Positions 40,467 to 53,899 of a stretch of 64,000 bases of DNA are shown here, one piece after another (within the stretch, counting starts at the first letter, position 1; the number at the start of each line of letters is the position of its first letter). Source of the stretch: Takakia lepidozioides (lineage: Eukaryota; Plantae; Bryophyta); contig CM060732.1 in NCBI GenBank assembly GCA_030704615.1, positions 71,610,001-71,674,000 of the forward strand, given 5' to 3'. The position numbers and the translations under genes are program-made. The notes below the pieces were generated by a model. That model searched no databases. It was not told the DNA's origin and saw only the letters and a program-made list of their open reading frames with translations.

Positions 40467-41687
40467 TAGGACCCCAAGAGTCACCATCCGCAAACTAAGA
40501 CTAAGCCGCTGAAGAGAGAAGAGTATCAAGCTGAAGTAGATCGGCTAAGAAGATCAACACATCACCCCACCGTGCGCCCCTCCACATTGATAAATGTAAG
40601 ATCAAAAACTAGCTCGGAATGCACCAAGTCCGTCAAGGAAACAGGTTCATCCCGTACTTCAGTATAAGAGCCTTGTGGAAGAAGGAGAGCACGTCGCCCA
40701 CGTGAAATCTGATAGATCAAGTATGGACCATCAATCTTGAGCTTAGATTTGCATGCATGCTTGCCATGCTGTAATCAAAAGCACACGGTTTGTCCCACCT
40801 GAAATAGGTTAGAATACTTGACACGCTTGTTAAAATTTCGGGCCTGGGTTAGCTGAGCCTTGCCAATGTTCGTTTTGGCATCATGGATATGCTGAGCATG
40901 AAGATCCTCAACAAAGATATCAAGATCAACTGGATCAGCAACAGTAGAGATAAGAGGGGTAGAATGCAAAGGAGAAACACACTTGCGACCATACAACAAC
41001 TCAAAAGGAGTCTACTTGGTGCTAGCATGCACGGCGGTGCGATAAGCAAAGAGAATAGGGGGAAGAAAGGTATCCCACTCCCTGTTAAGTGCGCCATTCT
41101 TCTCCAATATTCGGCAAAGACTTTGGTTGAAGCGTTCCGTAAGGCCATTGGTCTGGGGATGGTATGGGGCAGTGGTGGAATGCTTAATACCAAAATTGAA
41201 GCAAACCACCGTGAGGAGCTGGTTACAAAACTCCTTGCCCTGATCCGTTAGTATCTCCCGAGGACACCCATGCCGCATAAGGATCTCATTGAAGTAGAAC
41301 TGAGCTACAACATCACTAGCCTGGGAACGCAAAGGCCGGATTTCTACCCACTTAGTCAAGTAGTCGGTAGCAACACAAAGGTAGCTTCAACCCTTTGATG
41401 TGAGTGCGAGGGGTCATACTAAGTCAATGCCAACACGAGCAAAAGCATGGGTGACAGGGAAAGGCCGCAGCTCATACAAGATCTGGGCCCTAGGGAGAGC
41501 AATGTTAGCACGATAACCTTCACACTAAGAGATGAACTCCGTGACGTCTCGGTGAATGCCCAGCCAATAGTAAACCTCTTAGATGCGGGCCACAGTTTTC
41601 TTGATACCAAAGTGACCTGCATACAAGAAACAATGGAAACGCTCCAATAAAGCATTCAGCTGGCTCCGTGGTGGCACCTCCAAGTAG

Positions 41688-44600
41688 CATCACGGACATA
41701 GCCCAGAGGAACTTACCAGGAATAAATACCAGAAGTTACTAAGTTACCATGCTATCAAAAGTTATCGTGATCTACCATGATCTACCATGATTTACCATAA
41801 ATTACCATTAGTTATCAAGTTACCGAGAGTTTACCAAATTACCGAGAGTAACTTGAGAAACTGCTCATGAAGCTTTCTTTGGAGGAAACTTCTCCATCAA
41901 GATACCTCATTTATTGAAGGAAACTTCTCCATCAAGAAATCTCTTTTGGGGAAGCCTCTTAGGGAACCTCCTAGTAGTCAGTATATATAGGAGGCGAGAC
42001 TGGACACTCTTCAGTCTCGCCAACACCAATTCAAGCTACTCTTGTTTCCAGTTCCTTTATTGGGGAGAACAGGATCACATAGCATTAAACTGCCCCAACA
42101 AGAGAAGATTCAAAGCTCGGGGCATAACTCAAGTGTTTGATACGAGGAGGTCGGAAAACGAAGATGTCCAGTCACAATAAGGACCATGCGGTTGGACACC
42201 CCAAATTCCTCAAAAAAAAAGGTCTTTTTGTACCTTTAGACCTTGTACCTTGTTTCACAGTTCTAGTAAAGATCAGGATGCAAAATCGAGATATCTCCGT
42301 AGAAGCACTTTTGGACTCGGGCGCTTCAACGTGTTTTATTGACAAAGACTTTGCGAAACAACACAATTTAACGTTTGTAAAGAAGAAATTATCGGCCCCT
42401 GTTGAAGTCATCTATGGACGACCGTTAGCATTAGGAAATATTGAAAATGAAACTCGACCCCTTGAAGTGAAGCTTAAAAATCAAGCATCACAGATTGTTT
42501 TCAATGTCATCCAGTCTCCAACGATTCATGTAATTCTTGGACTTCTCTGGTTTGTACTTCATAATCCTGACATCGACTGGCGATCACGAAAAATTTCGGC
42601 AAGACAAAAATGTTAAAGTATCAAAGGTATTCAACTCTTGTTTCTTGGAGCTAGAGCCTTCATGAGAGCTATGAAGAAATACGCAACATTTGCACTTTAT
42701 GCGACTCCGATCAAAACCACAACAGACCAAGGTACTTCGATATTACCCACTCAATATCAAGATTTCAAGGATGTCTTCGAGAAGAAAAATGCAGACATAT
42801 TGCCAGAACATCGACCTTATGATTGTGCAATTGAGTTGCAAGAAGGAGCTCAACCATTATTCGGCCCGATCTACAATTTATCTCAGACGAAGCTGGCTGC
42901 TTTACGCGAATACATTGATGAAAATTTGTCAAAGAATTTCATTCGACATTCGAAATCACCCGCGGGAGCATCTATCTTATTTGTGAAGAAGAAGGACGGA
43001 TCGTTACGCATGTGTGTGGACTATCGTGGGCTCAACAAAGTCACTATAAAAAATCGTTACCTAATACCGCTGATTTCTGGACTCCTCGAACAACTTGGAT
43101 GAGCAAATTTTTTCACAAAGATCGACTTGAGATGAGCTTACAACCTTGTACGAATAAAAGAAGGAGACGAATAGAAGATTGTTTTTTGCACAAGGTACGG
43201 ACATTTGGAATACAGTGTTATGCCTTTCGGTCTTACAAATGCTCCAACAATTTTTCAACATATGATGAATGACATCTTTCGAGAATTTTTAGATGACTTT
43301 GTGGTCATCTATTTGGACGACATTTTGATATTTTCACAGAATGAAGAAGAACATGGTCGTCATGTACGCATTGTTCTTGATAAATTGAGGGAAAAAAAAC
43401 TATATGCCAAGTTGGAAAAATATATTTTCCACCAATCTGAAATCGAATTTTTGGACTACATTATTTCCGACAAATGAGTCTTTATGGATCAGAAGAAAAT
43501 ACAAACCATCATCGAGTGGATTAAACCAACTTCGGTCCGAGATGTACAATGTTTTCTAGGATTTGCAAATTTCTATAGAATCGTCATCAATGACTACTCC
43601 AAAATTGCTGCACCATTGACACGACTCACAAGGAAGGACAAATTTGTATGGGACGAGCAGATTGATCAAGCATTTGAAAGGCTGAAGTAGGCATTTATAA
43701 CGGCTCCAATACTGGTACATGTAGATCCATCTAAACCATTCTTTTTGGAAGCAGATACATCGGACTTTGCACTTGGTGCGGTCCTCTCTCAATACGGTAC
43801 AGATGGCCGATTTCACCCTGTTGGTTTTCATTCTCGCAAATTTTCCGCTGCGGAGATTAATTATGAAATCCATGACAAAGAACTTCTAGCGAATATCGAT
43901 GCTTTTGAGGAGTAACGTCATCTATTGGAGAGAGCTAAACATCAGGTCACTGTCTATACCGAACACAAAAACCTCGAGTATTTTATGAGTGCTCGTGTTT
44001 TGAATCGACGTCAAGCGAGATGGAGTATGTCACTAGCAAGGTTTAATTTTGTTATTACCTACCGTCCCGGACATCTTCAAGGAAAACCAGATGCTCTTTC
44101 TCGACAACCGTATCTTGCGCCAAAAGAAGGAGATGCAGCTTTTAACCAACAGAAATCCATCATCTTGAAACCAGCAAATCTCCAATTGAATATGCTATCC
44201 ATGTCTACCTATGACGATGTAGAGATCATAAAGGAGATTCAGGAAACACTGAAGAGCGACCAATTTGCCACGACACTACGAAATCAATTAAATCGACCTC
44301 GAGACAACCCACATGTTACAAACGACTTCGAATTCAAGATGACTTACTTTATTTCAAGGGACTTCTCTATGTACCTCCAGGACCTACACGACTTTGAATT
44401 CTTCAAACTTGTCATGATCTTCCGGCTGCAGGACATTTCGGCTTCAACAAAACAATGGAATTGATATCCAGGGACTATTGGTGGCCGCAGGTGTGGAAAC
44501 TCGTGAAAGAATTTGTAAAATCTTGTGACACATATGCTAGAGCGAAGGACCACGACATCGACCTTACAGCCTTTTTCAACCATTACCCATTCCCAAGGGT

Positions 44601-46750
44601 CCATGGTCATCCTTGTCTATGGACTTTATTACGGACCTTCCAATTTCCAAGACCACCGACTCAATCATTGTTATTGTGGATCGTTTTACGAAGATGACAC
44701 ATTTCATTCCATGTAATAAGACGGTTACTGGCGAGAAAACTGCAAGATTCTTCCTCAATAATATCTACCGCATTCATTGATTCCCGAAGGTCATCGTATC
44801 TGATCGAGGACCACTGTTCATATCAAATTTCTGGAGGGGATTATTTCGCATATTGGATACTAAGATCAACCTCTCTACAGCTAATCATCCACAGACTGAT
44901 GGTCAAACCGAACGCGTAAACCAGATTTTGGAGCAATATCTTCGTTGTACGATAAATTATCACCAAGATAATTGGACGGACGTCATTAGCTGAGTTTGCC
45001 TACAACAACACTATACATTCTTCGACTAAGCAAACTCCATTTTTCTCCAATTATGGTCATCATCCTCGAGCAAACCCTTTCCACCCGCCTCGCGGAAGCT
45101 CAAAAACAATACAAGGAGTATGCAGATCAACATCGTCAACTCCAACCCCAGTTCAAGGTCGGAGATCGTGTGTGGCTTCTTTGACGGGACATACAAACCT
45201 CGCGACCATCAAGGAAGTTGGATTATCAATGCCTGGGACCATTCAAAATTATTCGACAAATAAATCAGGTCAATTTTCGGTTTGAACTCCCACGAAGTAT
45301 GCGCATCCATCCAGTCTTTCATGTTTCATTATTGGAGTTGTATCATCCATCGAATATTCCAAGGAGAGTCTCTGTACCACCTCCACTAATCGACGTCAAT
45401 CAGGAAATCGAGTATGAAGTCGACAAAGTCCTAGACTCTCGCATCAAGTATAAACGTCTTAAGTATTTCATACATTGGAAAGGCTACGACATCAGCGAAC
45501 GAACGTGGAAACCTTCATCCAACCTCGCCAATGCATCTGACAAAGTCCAAGAGTTTCATCAACGATATCCAGCTAAGCCCCGAGCTACACGTCAATAAGA
45601 CGTCACAACGATGATGTCAGCCAAGTTAGCTTCAAAGGTGAAGACTCCACATTCAGTGTACCTGATACACGCTAAGGATGAAGCAACATCACACATCAAT
45701 ATATATAGCTACAGTTCCAGCACTCTTGCATCTTGTATTGGCAGCATGGAGTCACAGGAACCAGATACATTGGAGCTGTCGCTTACCCAACTACTAGATC
45801 AACCGTTCCGACTCTCACGACCTTCAACATCACGCCGATGCTCTTGAGATGATGGGCCACCAATGCAACGCGTACTTCCTTGTCTGGACCCCGTACGACG
45901 GCAAGTGGAGCCTACTCGAAGTCTGATAATTCTGTTGGAGGTTGAGGCTTCGGACCCAGAGGACAACGAAATCATGTTTGAAGGCAGTTTTGAAAATCAG
46001 AATGCTCAAATCACTGCGTGGTCCCAAGTTCAAGGACCTGTAAATCATTTGAGTCAAGAACGAAGAGCCGAATACTTGGCAAGTACCATTCGCCGGATTT
46101 TGGATTTTCTCTAGCTCTAAGCAAGTCCAAGATTTTACCGCTCCTCGAGGAACTCGGCGCTAGAGGAGGGGGTGATGTCACGGACACAACCCAGAGAAAC
46201 TTACCAGGAATAAATACCAGAAGTTACTAAGTTATCATGTTACCATAAATTACCATTAGTTATCTAGTTACCGGAAGTTTATCAAATTACCGAGAGTAAC
46301 TTGGAAAACTGCTCAAGAAGCTTCATTTGGAGGAAACTTCTCCATCAAAATACCTCCTTTGTTTAAGGAAACTTCTCCATCAAGAAACCTCCTTTGGGGA
46401 AGCCTCTTAGGGAACCTCCTAGTAGCCAGTATACATAGGAGGCGAGACTGGACATTCTTCAGTCTCACCCACACCAGTTCAAGCTACTCTTGTTTCTAGT
46501 TCCCAGTACTCCAATCCAGTTCCCAGTACTCTAACCCAGTTTCCAGTATCTGGTACTCTAGTCCAGTTTCCAGCATTCCAGTATTCAAGTCGTGTTCCAA
46601 TATCTTGTACTCTTGTTCATTGTTATAAAGATCGTCTTGATTCATATTTACTCATCATACATTCGGCCACGCCGACCTTGACTTCTTGTCTAGTCTTGTA
46701 CCTCTAGTTTGATCTCTTGTTTGTGTTCAGTCATGTTCTCGTCCTTGACA
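41688..46750 (+). mobile_element. Tcn1-like chromovirus LTR retrotransposon with deletion of 5' LTR end, PBS and most of gag
   Basis: 3' LTR 46176-46750 after PPT AGAGGAGGGGG; partial 5' LTR 41688-~42055; TSD AGTAG; [21 protein letters not shown] motifs; chromodomain EYEVDKVLDSR..HWKGY. Many stops. Confidence 0.93.
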
Positions 46751-46805
46751 AGTAGCATGGCACTCCCCCTCTGGGTCGTTGCAGCCTACAGTGTCCATTC
46801 CTGGC

Positions 46806-47560
46806 TGTCATAACACAGTTTTTCCTGCACATGGACTAATGGTATACATTCACATTCTTCAATCAAATGGAATATTTGAATAAAGGACTCTAAAGGATAA
46901 TATGCATGTCATGGTTTTAGTCATGGTTAACTAGAATTACCTACTTCTAGTTAACTATGACATTTTAGATATTTATATTTATATTTTGTGTGTTGGATTT
47001 TCATTTGGTCTCATATGCCAAGTGAGGCGTCAAGCCTCACTTGGGACATGGGGATGGGTTTTCCCCTTGTGAGGGTTTATCTTCTTGTAATTGAGCCTCC
47101 ATGAGCCTCTCTCACCTCCATAGCTCTAGGTATTGAGAAGGAGTGTGTTAAAGGCTTTGTAGTGTGGATTCCCTTAGCAAGGGTGCCCTTGGCTTGACTT
47201 AGTTTATGTGATAGAGTAGATTTCACTTGGAAGGACTAGGGCTTGTTCTTAGTGTGATTTGCTTCATGCTTTGAGAGCTTTCATTGTCTTCCACATCTCT
47301 CATTTCTCATCTCTTATCACTACAAGCAGATCACCTTATGCTTGTGAGTGCGGAGTGTAAAGATTAGTTTTGCACTTGTATGTTAAAGAGGTTGAGAGCT
47401 AGGAGAATTTAGCTCTTGTATCACAAGGTTTGCAAGGGGTTGCAAGGAAAGGTGCTCGAGTGTTGCATGCACCAAGGAGTTGGAGAACTTGAGAAGAAAG
47501 CTCTTGAGTCACAAGATTTTGCAAGGATTGCAAGGAGGAAGTCTTGTGTGTGTGAATAGG
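46806..47560. mobile_element. Probable LTR fragment of another retroelement
   Basis: Begins TGTCA where the older integrase breaks off; non-coding with LTR-like composition; no partner LTR found. Confidence 0.35.
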
Positions 47561-48229
47561 TAGGTGCCAAGCTGACGCAAGATCGGAGCTGAAACCGCAA
47601 CGCCCTCAAGATCAGAGCCCCCGTGCCTTGTAATATCAATGACAACCAACTTCGCCCCACTAGACCAGGGCCATGATGAAGCTTCGCAGGTCAATTCTCG
47701 GTGATGCAGGAAGCGCGACTTAATCGCTCTGGACGGCAAACGTTCATCGTTACGTAATTCAAATTATTTCCTAGCAAATTGTCTGGCTCTAGACACCACC
47801 GCACCAGGCTCAAATAAAGATCTCGTGAACAGGGCTTCGTGATGACTGGTTGACGCAGCAAGGTCACCCACGACAGCCCTTTCTATGCGCTCAAACCAAA
47901 ACTGATCCTCCTCACAGATCTCACACAACAGGTCATCCACTTCTTGTGACAACTCGATATCCCTTTCCAACTCTGTTGCTTGGTGCCTACTCTCAAAATA
48001 CTCACGTCCAGGATCAACAAAGTTGTCAAAGTTATAGTACTCCGGATCACAACTATCTAGAGAGTTGTCAGATTTCTCAGACCTCGGCGACCACGCCTTT
48101 GCCTCATCTAGATTAGCATAGTCATTACTACCAGGAGAACCAACGAAACAACAAGGGCTGGAATGCAAGAAATAGAGAATGAATATCCCTGTGAGTGACT
48201 AGCTGCCTAAACAGACAGATCAAGCTCCC

Positions 48230-51200
48230 ATAAATCAACCTTGCGTTGACGCAAGGTTGATTGATGGGGTTGCAGCATAGTCCAAAATGTGTCCCGGAAC
48301 CCTCTGCCGAACCCACAAAATGCCTTGCGTTGACGCAAGGTCGTTTTGGGGGATTCAAGCAATCTACTTCCCCTACCTTGCGCTTCATGAACTGGATTTC
48401 AGAGGCTGCGAATGCACATAAGAGGCACCCAAATCAACCTCGCGTCAACGCAAGGTTGATTCGAGGGCTGCATACGTTTGGTTTTGTACCCAAAACATAC
48501 ACCTTGGAGCTCGGATATGGACCTTGCGTTGACGCAACCTTCTTTTCCTCTGATATTTGGTCTGTGCTTCAAATCTGGGCTGCACGACCTGCATGACCTC
48601 TTCTATTCATTCCAGTGAGGTCGACATCAATCTTGCGTTGATGCAAGGTTGATGTGGGGCTCCCGGTTCCACATTGAACAGAAAGAAAAAGCAAAAGGCA
48701 AATGAGGGTTGATTATAACCTCTAGTTTCTTCTTCGCAACACTTGATGATGCTTCAGCAATGTTCGTCTTTTCCACGGGGTCTGGAGGCAACATGCTTCC
48801 AAGCAGATCCGGGTGGTGGGAAATAGTGGCAAACGGCATCGTGTCCGCCCTTGGTTCTTCTCTTGCAGCGCTTCATCTTGAGCCCAGCTGACTTCTTCGT
48901 CGTCCCCTCCCTCAATTGCAGGTTGTTCTTCGATCGCCTCCGGCACCGCTTCAAGACCTTCCTCTCAAAATTGTGGTTGCAGATTCGGGTGTAGCCCTTC
49001 ATCTTCATCTCCGTCTTGCCCATTCGCAGTTCCCGTCAAGGTGCCTTCCTCATCCTCTCCTTAGCGCGTGCCCTTTGCTTGTTTGATGTGAAATAGAGTG
49101 TTTGTCGGCGCCTTCTTCTCCCACATGATGACGTGACCATCTCGGCAGAATCCAGGGTTGCAGTGAGGAGAAGGAGAAGAAGGAAAAAAATGGCACTGCG
49201 GGAGGTTCACCGGCGGTCCATCTGCGCCAAGATGATCGCTGGAAACGTCCTGACCGCCACATGCACAGTCCACATGCATGGTCGACACGTGTCCAATCTG
49301 CCGTTAACAATACCGCCGGAAAGCATTTAATCATCATCCACCAAATTTCGTCCGGGTCGACCTCTCATCCGCAAATTTGATTCTGGGGTACCCACTTTTG
49401 GGGTGTTTCGGAGGATTGTGCAGTTGGTACAGTTGTACAGCTATTCAGTTGCCATTAAACATTGAGTGGAAATGGGCACCTCGTCTGCCCTCTCTGACAC
49501 AAGAGCCAATTGGCGGCTATGTCATTGAAAATTTTGGTTGGGGGTTTGGATGTCCAAGACAATGGTGGGGCAGATGTGGAAAAATAGTTGGCTTCTTTCT
49601 TCGGTGTGGCATTTGGGCTGACATCCTCCACTCCGCATTTGGGCACTTTTTGACCATACATTGGTTCGCATGTCCACACATTTGTTTGATGTGTCAATCC
49701 GCATTTAAAGACCTATATGTGAAAGCGACAGCTACAATTGTGTGTAAGGACGTCTTACATATAGCCCAGAAATTCCACTTCAGTACAGCCTGCACTCAAA
49801 AGCAACATTGGACTTTGGACTGTGTGCTTTGAAGCAACATTAACAGATGGCCTCCCAGGCCTTGGGCTCCCTGGACGCAGACTTCTTCAGCGAGGACCAT
49901 CCGGTGCCATTTTTGTACGAGGTGGATGATGATGGTTTTGCACTGGTGCATGAACACGTGCTCGCGACGCAGTTTCGGTTGGAGACTGGCACTCTATTCC
50001 TCGAGAGGGAAGTGTACGATGCCAATGGAAATTTGCTCAAGTACGCCTTCCAGAAACCTTCGCAGACTGCACAAACCACACAATGGAGAGTGCCTCCAGG
50101 CAGATACAGGGTGTTGAGTGCTCCTCAATGACAGTCTGCAGGATCATTCCTTCATTAACGTTACTAGACTCTTGGAACGGCAGCATCAGTGGCCCAGGAG
50201 AAAACACCCGTGGTTGTTAAGAAGGAGTCTAGTAACGTTAACACAGTCTTGGAGCTTTTAGACTCCTCCTCTGAGGACGCTTGTGAAATACCGCCAGTGG
50301 ATCAGCCATGTCCAGTTCAGGAAGCAGATGTAGAAGAGATCACCAGTGTCATTCCCAAACTGAAAGCCATGGGTGGGATGGCAGGATTCAAGAGTGAGTT
50401 GAGGGGGATTGACTGGAGCACTTTCAATGTTCAGCGTGTGACATTCTTGCCAGAATCATTTGGTGGTAATATTGTTTTCGAGCTGCCTCCTCCGGGTCGA
50501 GTGGGGGGCATTTCCAGTCTCATGGAAGGAATGGACAAAAATCACGATGGACACCCTTGGTGCCGCACAAAAACCTCCAATATTCACAACCATGACAACC
50601 TCATATTCAGGAGAACAGTCTGTAATGGGCACCTGAAATGCGAGAACACGAAGTGCAGACACTTTGCACTGTCAGGTCTGCAAAACCAAAGCGAATGGGA
50701 TGGTGTCACTGAGAATCCATTCAAGCCTGGGGTGACACCACCATACAGTAACACTGTTGTGTGCAAGTTTTGTAGGCTACCACCTTGCTGCCTTGCATTG
50801 TGTGGTGCCAGGGCCCAGAATGTACTATGTAGTGCATCGATTCAAAACCCTGACTAGAGCCTGTGTCCATTTCGGTTTTTACAACCACCCTCTGTCCAAG
50901 GGGGATTACAGAGAGAGTGTCGAGACAGTCTCGCGTCTGATAAGGCAAGAGTTGGATACCAATCCAACTGGAACCACTTCTGCAATTGCCATGGGGGCGA
51001 GCAAGTCTTTTTTGGAAAGCCGTATTCTATGTGCATCAGATTCGGTTGGAGGAAAACTGGAGGGACCGGCTTTGGACATTGTTCTGGACCATTTTTCAAC
51101 ATTGACTTCTCCAAACATTAGGAATCAAGTGAACGCTTTGAGAATGGGCTCTGGGAGCCGAGGTTATATGGACAATATTATGGATTTGAAGAAAAGGAGC

Positions 51201-51885
51201 ATGTACGACTACATCCAAGACAGCGTCTTCCTGGGGCAAGGAGCGAGGAAAGTATTCTTGTTTAAACTGTCCACAAAAGGTGAGGGCAGCAGAGTCAGCC
51301 TGGTTCAACGTATGCAGAAGGGTGGCGATGTTGGCAACTGTTTATTTTTTATCACGTGAAGAGGTTTAAAGACTAGACCACAATGGCATGTCATGTTTAC
51401 GACCCTGTGTACCAGCGAGTCATGACAATTGCAGTGTGTGACATGCAGTCAGAGGACACCGAATCACAGTAGCTCATGTGGGAAGCTCTCATTCGCGTTA
51501 TGGCCTCCAATGGTCTCCCATCTCCAAATTTTGTTGGTTTCATGGCCGACAGTGCTCAAGCGAACTTCAACGCTGTCCGCATTGTGTTCGGGACGAGAGA
51601 TCCAAAAGTTCCAATGCCTGGAAGAGAACATACGTGTCTTTTCCATTGGACACAATCCCTGGACAAACACACAAAGACAGACATCAAGCCGGATATGCAG
51701 AGTATGCATCGTCAACTGTGCAAACAGTACAAAGACGCCAAAACTATGGGGGAAGCGAATACATTGTTCCAGACAATTCGTGCCTGGTGGTACTCATCTG
51801 GAGCGGCATCGGAAGACAACATGAGGGCACTGGAAGACTAGTTTGCATTTTGGCACTTCCGTTACCGACAGTGGGGAGCGGCCAT
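48230..51885 (+). mobile_element. MULE-like transposon, second copy: upstream palindromes plus transposase pseudogene (49847-51885)
   Basis: Zn-finger region RRTVCNGHLKC...CKFC...ACVHFGFYNHP; DDE core TTMACHVYD...FMADSAQANFNAV...CLFHW (MULE D...CxxH); repeated CCTTGCGTTGACGCAAGG at 48239-48650. Confidence 0.78.
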
Positions 51886-53899
51886 GACTTGTTTTTAGAT
51901 CATGAAAAGCGGTTCAGCCTAGAGTGCAGGGATTCGTGCATAAGCCTATCCAAAGCAGATAGAGTGCAAAGGCGAACATGTTGCAGGTTTGCAATGGATA
52001 GAGAGGCAGTCAGCCTGTATTGAATGGTGGCGTTGCATAGCTCAACGCTATGGCAACCAAGTTTGGGCTTCTAGTGTGAAGCGGAGGAGATGCTGGCCAC
52101 AAGTAGGCGAACTGGTGGTCTTCTTCATCTGTAGGCCGAGTTAAGGAGCTGCAGGAATGTGGGCTGCACATGGGAAGCTAGCGTGTTGCAGGTTGGAGAT
52201 GATATGATCAGCTCCCGAAACTAGTTGTTGCGGGTAGATGAGGAGCAGCCGAATGGTGGAGCTGCGAGGGGATGCATCGCAGCCTGTTGGGAGCTTCAGC
52301 TCCAAGCTCATGAAGAGGTATGAGTGAAGAGAGGGGGCTGGTCCATCTTGTGTGCAAGTCAATGCACTTGTGAAACATGTGCTTGAGTTGGAAGTTTCAA
52401 TCTGAAACTCTAGCACTGTAAAGGCTCTTGGAGTGGCAAGAGTGGGGCTGGAAGGGCAGCAACTAGGTGTCCTAGAGCCAGGGAATGTGCAGTAGAACTG
52501 CAGCTACACCAAGGTTGTAAAGGTGTGTATTTTCAGATTTGTTTTTGTGAGCTTCATGAAGAAAATGGAGCTAGTTGGGCAGCATATAGCTTACTTGTTG
52601 AGTTGGGGGCACTTCTAGGCCATGAGAGCTCAGGAGTGCAGGGTGACAGGGCTGATGGCTCTGCAGAAGCCATAGCTCAGCGACAGCAGGTGCAAGAGCA
52701 AACCCCAGCTCGGGGAGAGATTTCAAAAAATAAAAGGACCGCCAGTGCGGCCGCCAATCTTGTTTTTTTTTTAAATAAATTGAAGCGACCGCCATAATGT
52801 ATTTGCCACCGCCATCGTGTCTGCTTAAATGACAGTATTTTACCTGGTACTATTTTTACCAGAATATTCCCCGAACCTGACGTGATGGAGGTCCCGTCAG
52901 CGTCAGGTCTGACGTGACCTGATGGACGGACGTGATGCTGATAACCGAGCCTTGAGGCCCTTGAGGGAAGCATAGTGGGGACACCATTTAGAGGGGAGAC
53001 TTGAGGACGAGTAGGGAGGCCGGAGTTGGTCAAGGTATGAAGAGCACCTAGGAAAAGGGCCACCTTGAGCACCATTCTACCGAGCTAGTAGAGCATCCCG
53101 AGCTCCACCATCTGATGTAAGGGTGATCCACCACCACCCCCTCTTTTAATTGCTTTGAAATTATTTCATTTGATTGATTTTCACTAAGCCGAGAGCTCGC
53201 AATGCTAGGGGCTAGTGTCTATGTGTGTGCATGAAGAAAAACTAACCCTCTTATGGCAAGAGGATGCTTTGACATGATCAAAAGGGAAGCATTGTGATTT
53301 ACCCCAAAGGGATAGACCTTGGGAGCATTATATAGTGGCTTGAGAGCCCATAGCTTGTATGATTTATGAAGCTAGTTGTTGATTTTCAGATCTGGAAAAT
53401 ATGGCGCTCCCACGTTCCCACCAGGTTATCATCATGTTCCCGCGCTCCCCTGGACATTCCAAAGGGATCAACGAGATCTTCTGGAGATTCCCCACCTTTG
53501 GGAATTTTTTATATTTCTTTAATTATTTCATTTTTTCTGAAGGTGAAAACGCATTGTTGTCAGAAGAAAAATTGGTTACGAATGTCTAACCTTCTCTGTT
53601 GCATCCACACGGGTTGTGGCTAGATGATGCAGCTTCTCGAGTGTCAACGTGGGCTTAAGAGCGCGGGAGTAGTGCTTCCCCACCTCCACCAGAAAGTTGG
53701 CACCAAGGGTGGGATCAGCAATGGCCACGTACTTCACCATCCGCAACTTGTACTTGATGCGAGCCTTTGCCTCGGTAGCTTGGAGATACGATTCCAGCCC
53801 ATGAAGACCCACAGCAGGCCATGGTTATGAGTTCCATAAGCAGAACTCTCAACCTGTTGGGCACCTATTTCAAGACTCATGTTCCTTCCACTCAGTTGG

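Larger units (their letters stand above)
32820..46805 (-). mobile_element. Old Gypsy element (integrase plus 3' LTR) split by two younger LTR insertions; own pieces ~32820-33545, 40472-41687, 46751-46805
   Basis: Integrase motifs TKWVEIRPL, ILTDQGKEF and HPQTNGLTERFN at 40775-41690; purine tract before TG at ~40565; sequence continues across both TSDs. Confidence 0.7.

Noticed and set aside
47764-49023. Short minus-strand ORFs as host genes
   Set aside because: No motifs; embedded in transposon subterminal sequence.
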